Below, piece by piece: positions 62,800 to 64,000 of a DNA stretch of 64,000 nt; positions within the stretch are counted from its first letter, which is position 1, and every line of letters starts with the position of its first letter. The notes beneath the pieces were generated by a model. The model saw only the letters and a program-made list of their open reading frames with translations. It was not told the origin of the DNA and ran no database searches. The position numbers and the translations under genes were made by a program. Source of the stretch: Alphaproteobacteria bacterium (GTDB lineage: Bacteria > Pseudomonadota > Alphaproteobacteria > UBA7887); NCBI GenBank assembly GCA_965216755.1, contig CBDCGL010000011.1:2368001-2432000 (forward strand), given 5' to 3'.

Positions 62800-63627
62800 A
62801 TGACCGAAAGTTACGGAACCGACCCGGTCTCGGCGATCGCAGAAAACGACGCCAGGGGCGAGGTCGCGGATATCTTCGCCGACATTCGCGCGACCATGGA
62901 TATTCCCATGCTGACTTCGATTTGGCGCACCCTTGTGGCGACCGACGGTGGCTTGCCCGCCGCATGGGCTGCCGCGAAACCGCTCTACCGAACAGGCTTG
63001 CCGGCTGCGGCATTGGCGCGCGTGATCGCGCACGCGGACCTGCCTGTGCCGGAACAAGTTGTGCCGGGGCAACTGGCTTGTGCCGGTGTTCCGCCAAGCG
63101 AGCTTTGCGCGGTGCGTGCCATTGTCGATGCCTACAATCGCTCAAACGGCATGAATATGGTCGCGCTGACCGCGCTAATCGTCGCACCGGCTGCGACACC
63201 ATGGAATGATCCGCAAGTGGCCTCGCCTTCACCTTGGCCGACCCTGCGACCGTTGTTGGCGGCCGACGACATAGACAACGAAACGTGGACATTGCTGCAG
63301 GAAATCAACGGTTTCGGTGGCGGCAAGGGGGGCTTGGCCACGTTGTGGCGACATCTGGCTCATTGGCCGGGGCTTCTGGCCGTGATTCACGCCGGATTCG
63401 CACCATTGCAGCAAAGCGGCGCATTCGCGCGTGCGATGCAAACGGTGCATGAACTTGGCCGGGCCGAAGCCGCGCGCCTCGCCCATCTGCGACCCAATCC
63501 GTTGGCTCTGCCGGACGCACCTGAACGCATGATCGTGAATTATGTGGCGACGCCGGAGGCGGTCGCGCGCATGGTCACTCTTGGCCACGTACTCGCCCGC
63601 TGGTTGGCGCCCGCGTCGTCCCGGTAA
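62800..63627 (+). CDS. DehI/AhpD-like alpha-helical protein
   Basis: ENDARGEVADIFADIRATM..IWRTL..AAWAA, with an internal echo LWRHLAHWPGLL. Confidence 0.6.
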   Translation: MTESYGTDPVSAIAENDARGEVADIFADIRATMDIPMLTSIWRTLVATDGGLPAAWAAAKPLYRTGLPAAALARVIAHADLPVPEQVVPGQLACAGVPPSELCAVRAIVDAYNRSNGMNMVALTALIVAPAATPWNDPQVASPSPWPTLRPLLAADDIDNETWTLLQEINGFGGGKGGLATLWRHLAHWPGLLAVIHAGFAPLQQSGAFARAMQTVHELGRAEAARLAHLRPNPLALPDAPERMIVNYVATPEAVARMVTLGHVLARWLAPASSR

Positions 63628-63824
63628 CACGCCAGGCCCCCACCGCGTGAGTCAGCGTCGGGTCGTTTTTCACGGTCCGAAGGCATCCGGCGTCACGTCG
63701 CGTGGCGCGGGCGTTGCCGACGAATTTGGGACGAAAGTCAGGGATCGGAGCTAGAGCGCTTTCCGACCAACCAAGGCCAGACATGCGAAGCCGCAGTTTC
63801 GATCCGAAGCCGTTCTTGTTGGGA

Positions 63825-64000
63825 CTAGAGCCCCTGCGGATTCGGGGCCAGGCGGACGGCGTCGCGAAATCCGATCAACTTTTGTCGATTCTCGTCCCAT
63901 AAAGCGAGCCGCGCGCATTTCAAACTGCTGAGAAGCGTCAACGGCCGCACATCGCCAAGACTTGGGATCTCATCAAGGCATTCCCGCAAGCGGTAGTTCG
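63825..64000 (-). CDS. Fatty acid desaturase, 3' end only (runs off the window)
   Basis: My translation NYRLRECLDEIPSLGDVRPLTLLSSLKCARLALWDENRQKLIGFRDA matches DesA-type C-termini; stop at 63825. Confidence 0.7.
   Translation of the reverse strand, partial: NYRLRECLDEIPSLGDVRPLTLLSSLKCARLALWDENRQKLIGFRDAVRLAPNPQGL

Overview
GC-rich alphaproteobacterial (Rhodospirillales-like) chromosome segment. Bases 1-42.9 kb are mostly core genes: suhB, efp, thiE, fbaB, pgk, gap, tkt, zapA, 6S RNA, ygfA, yebC, ruvCAB, ybgC-tolQRAB-pal-ybgF, tilS, ftsH, folP, glmM, thiD, serC, serA, hisZ, purA, a pseudokinase pair, rpoH, rluD and ltaE. A tRNA-Glu(CTC) at 42992-43067 is the integration site of a ~14.5 kb element bounded by a 17-bp direct repeat (43051-43067 and 57531-57547) and by 23-bp arm-type repeats. 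The element looks like a phage satellite (PICI-like). It carries a tyrosine integrase, a strongly promoted tRNA-like RNA with a 6-nt anticodon loop, an AlpA-like HTH, a primase-polymerase/AAA_25 helicase, an iteron origin, a serine resolvase and a TerS-like gene; no large terminase, portal or capsid gene was recognised. It also has a leader made of repeated pentaloop hairpins and a putative defence cargo: a DUF6883-like gene, AbiV, and a TIM-barrel + Xre/MbcA + RES three-gene operon. Further accessory genes follow attR (Panacea antitoxin with a membrane partner, a Zn-finger/RES protein, a Sel1 protein), probably the remnant of a second island. All family assignments come from motif recognition by eye, not from database searches.
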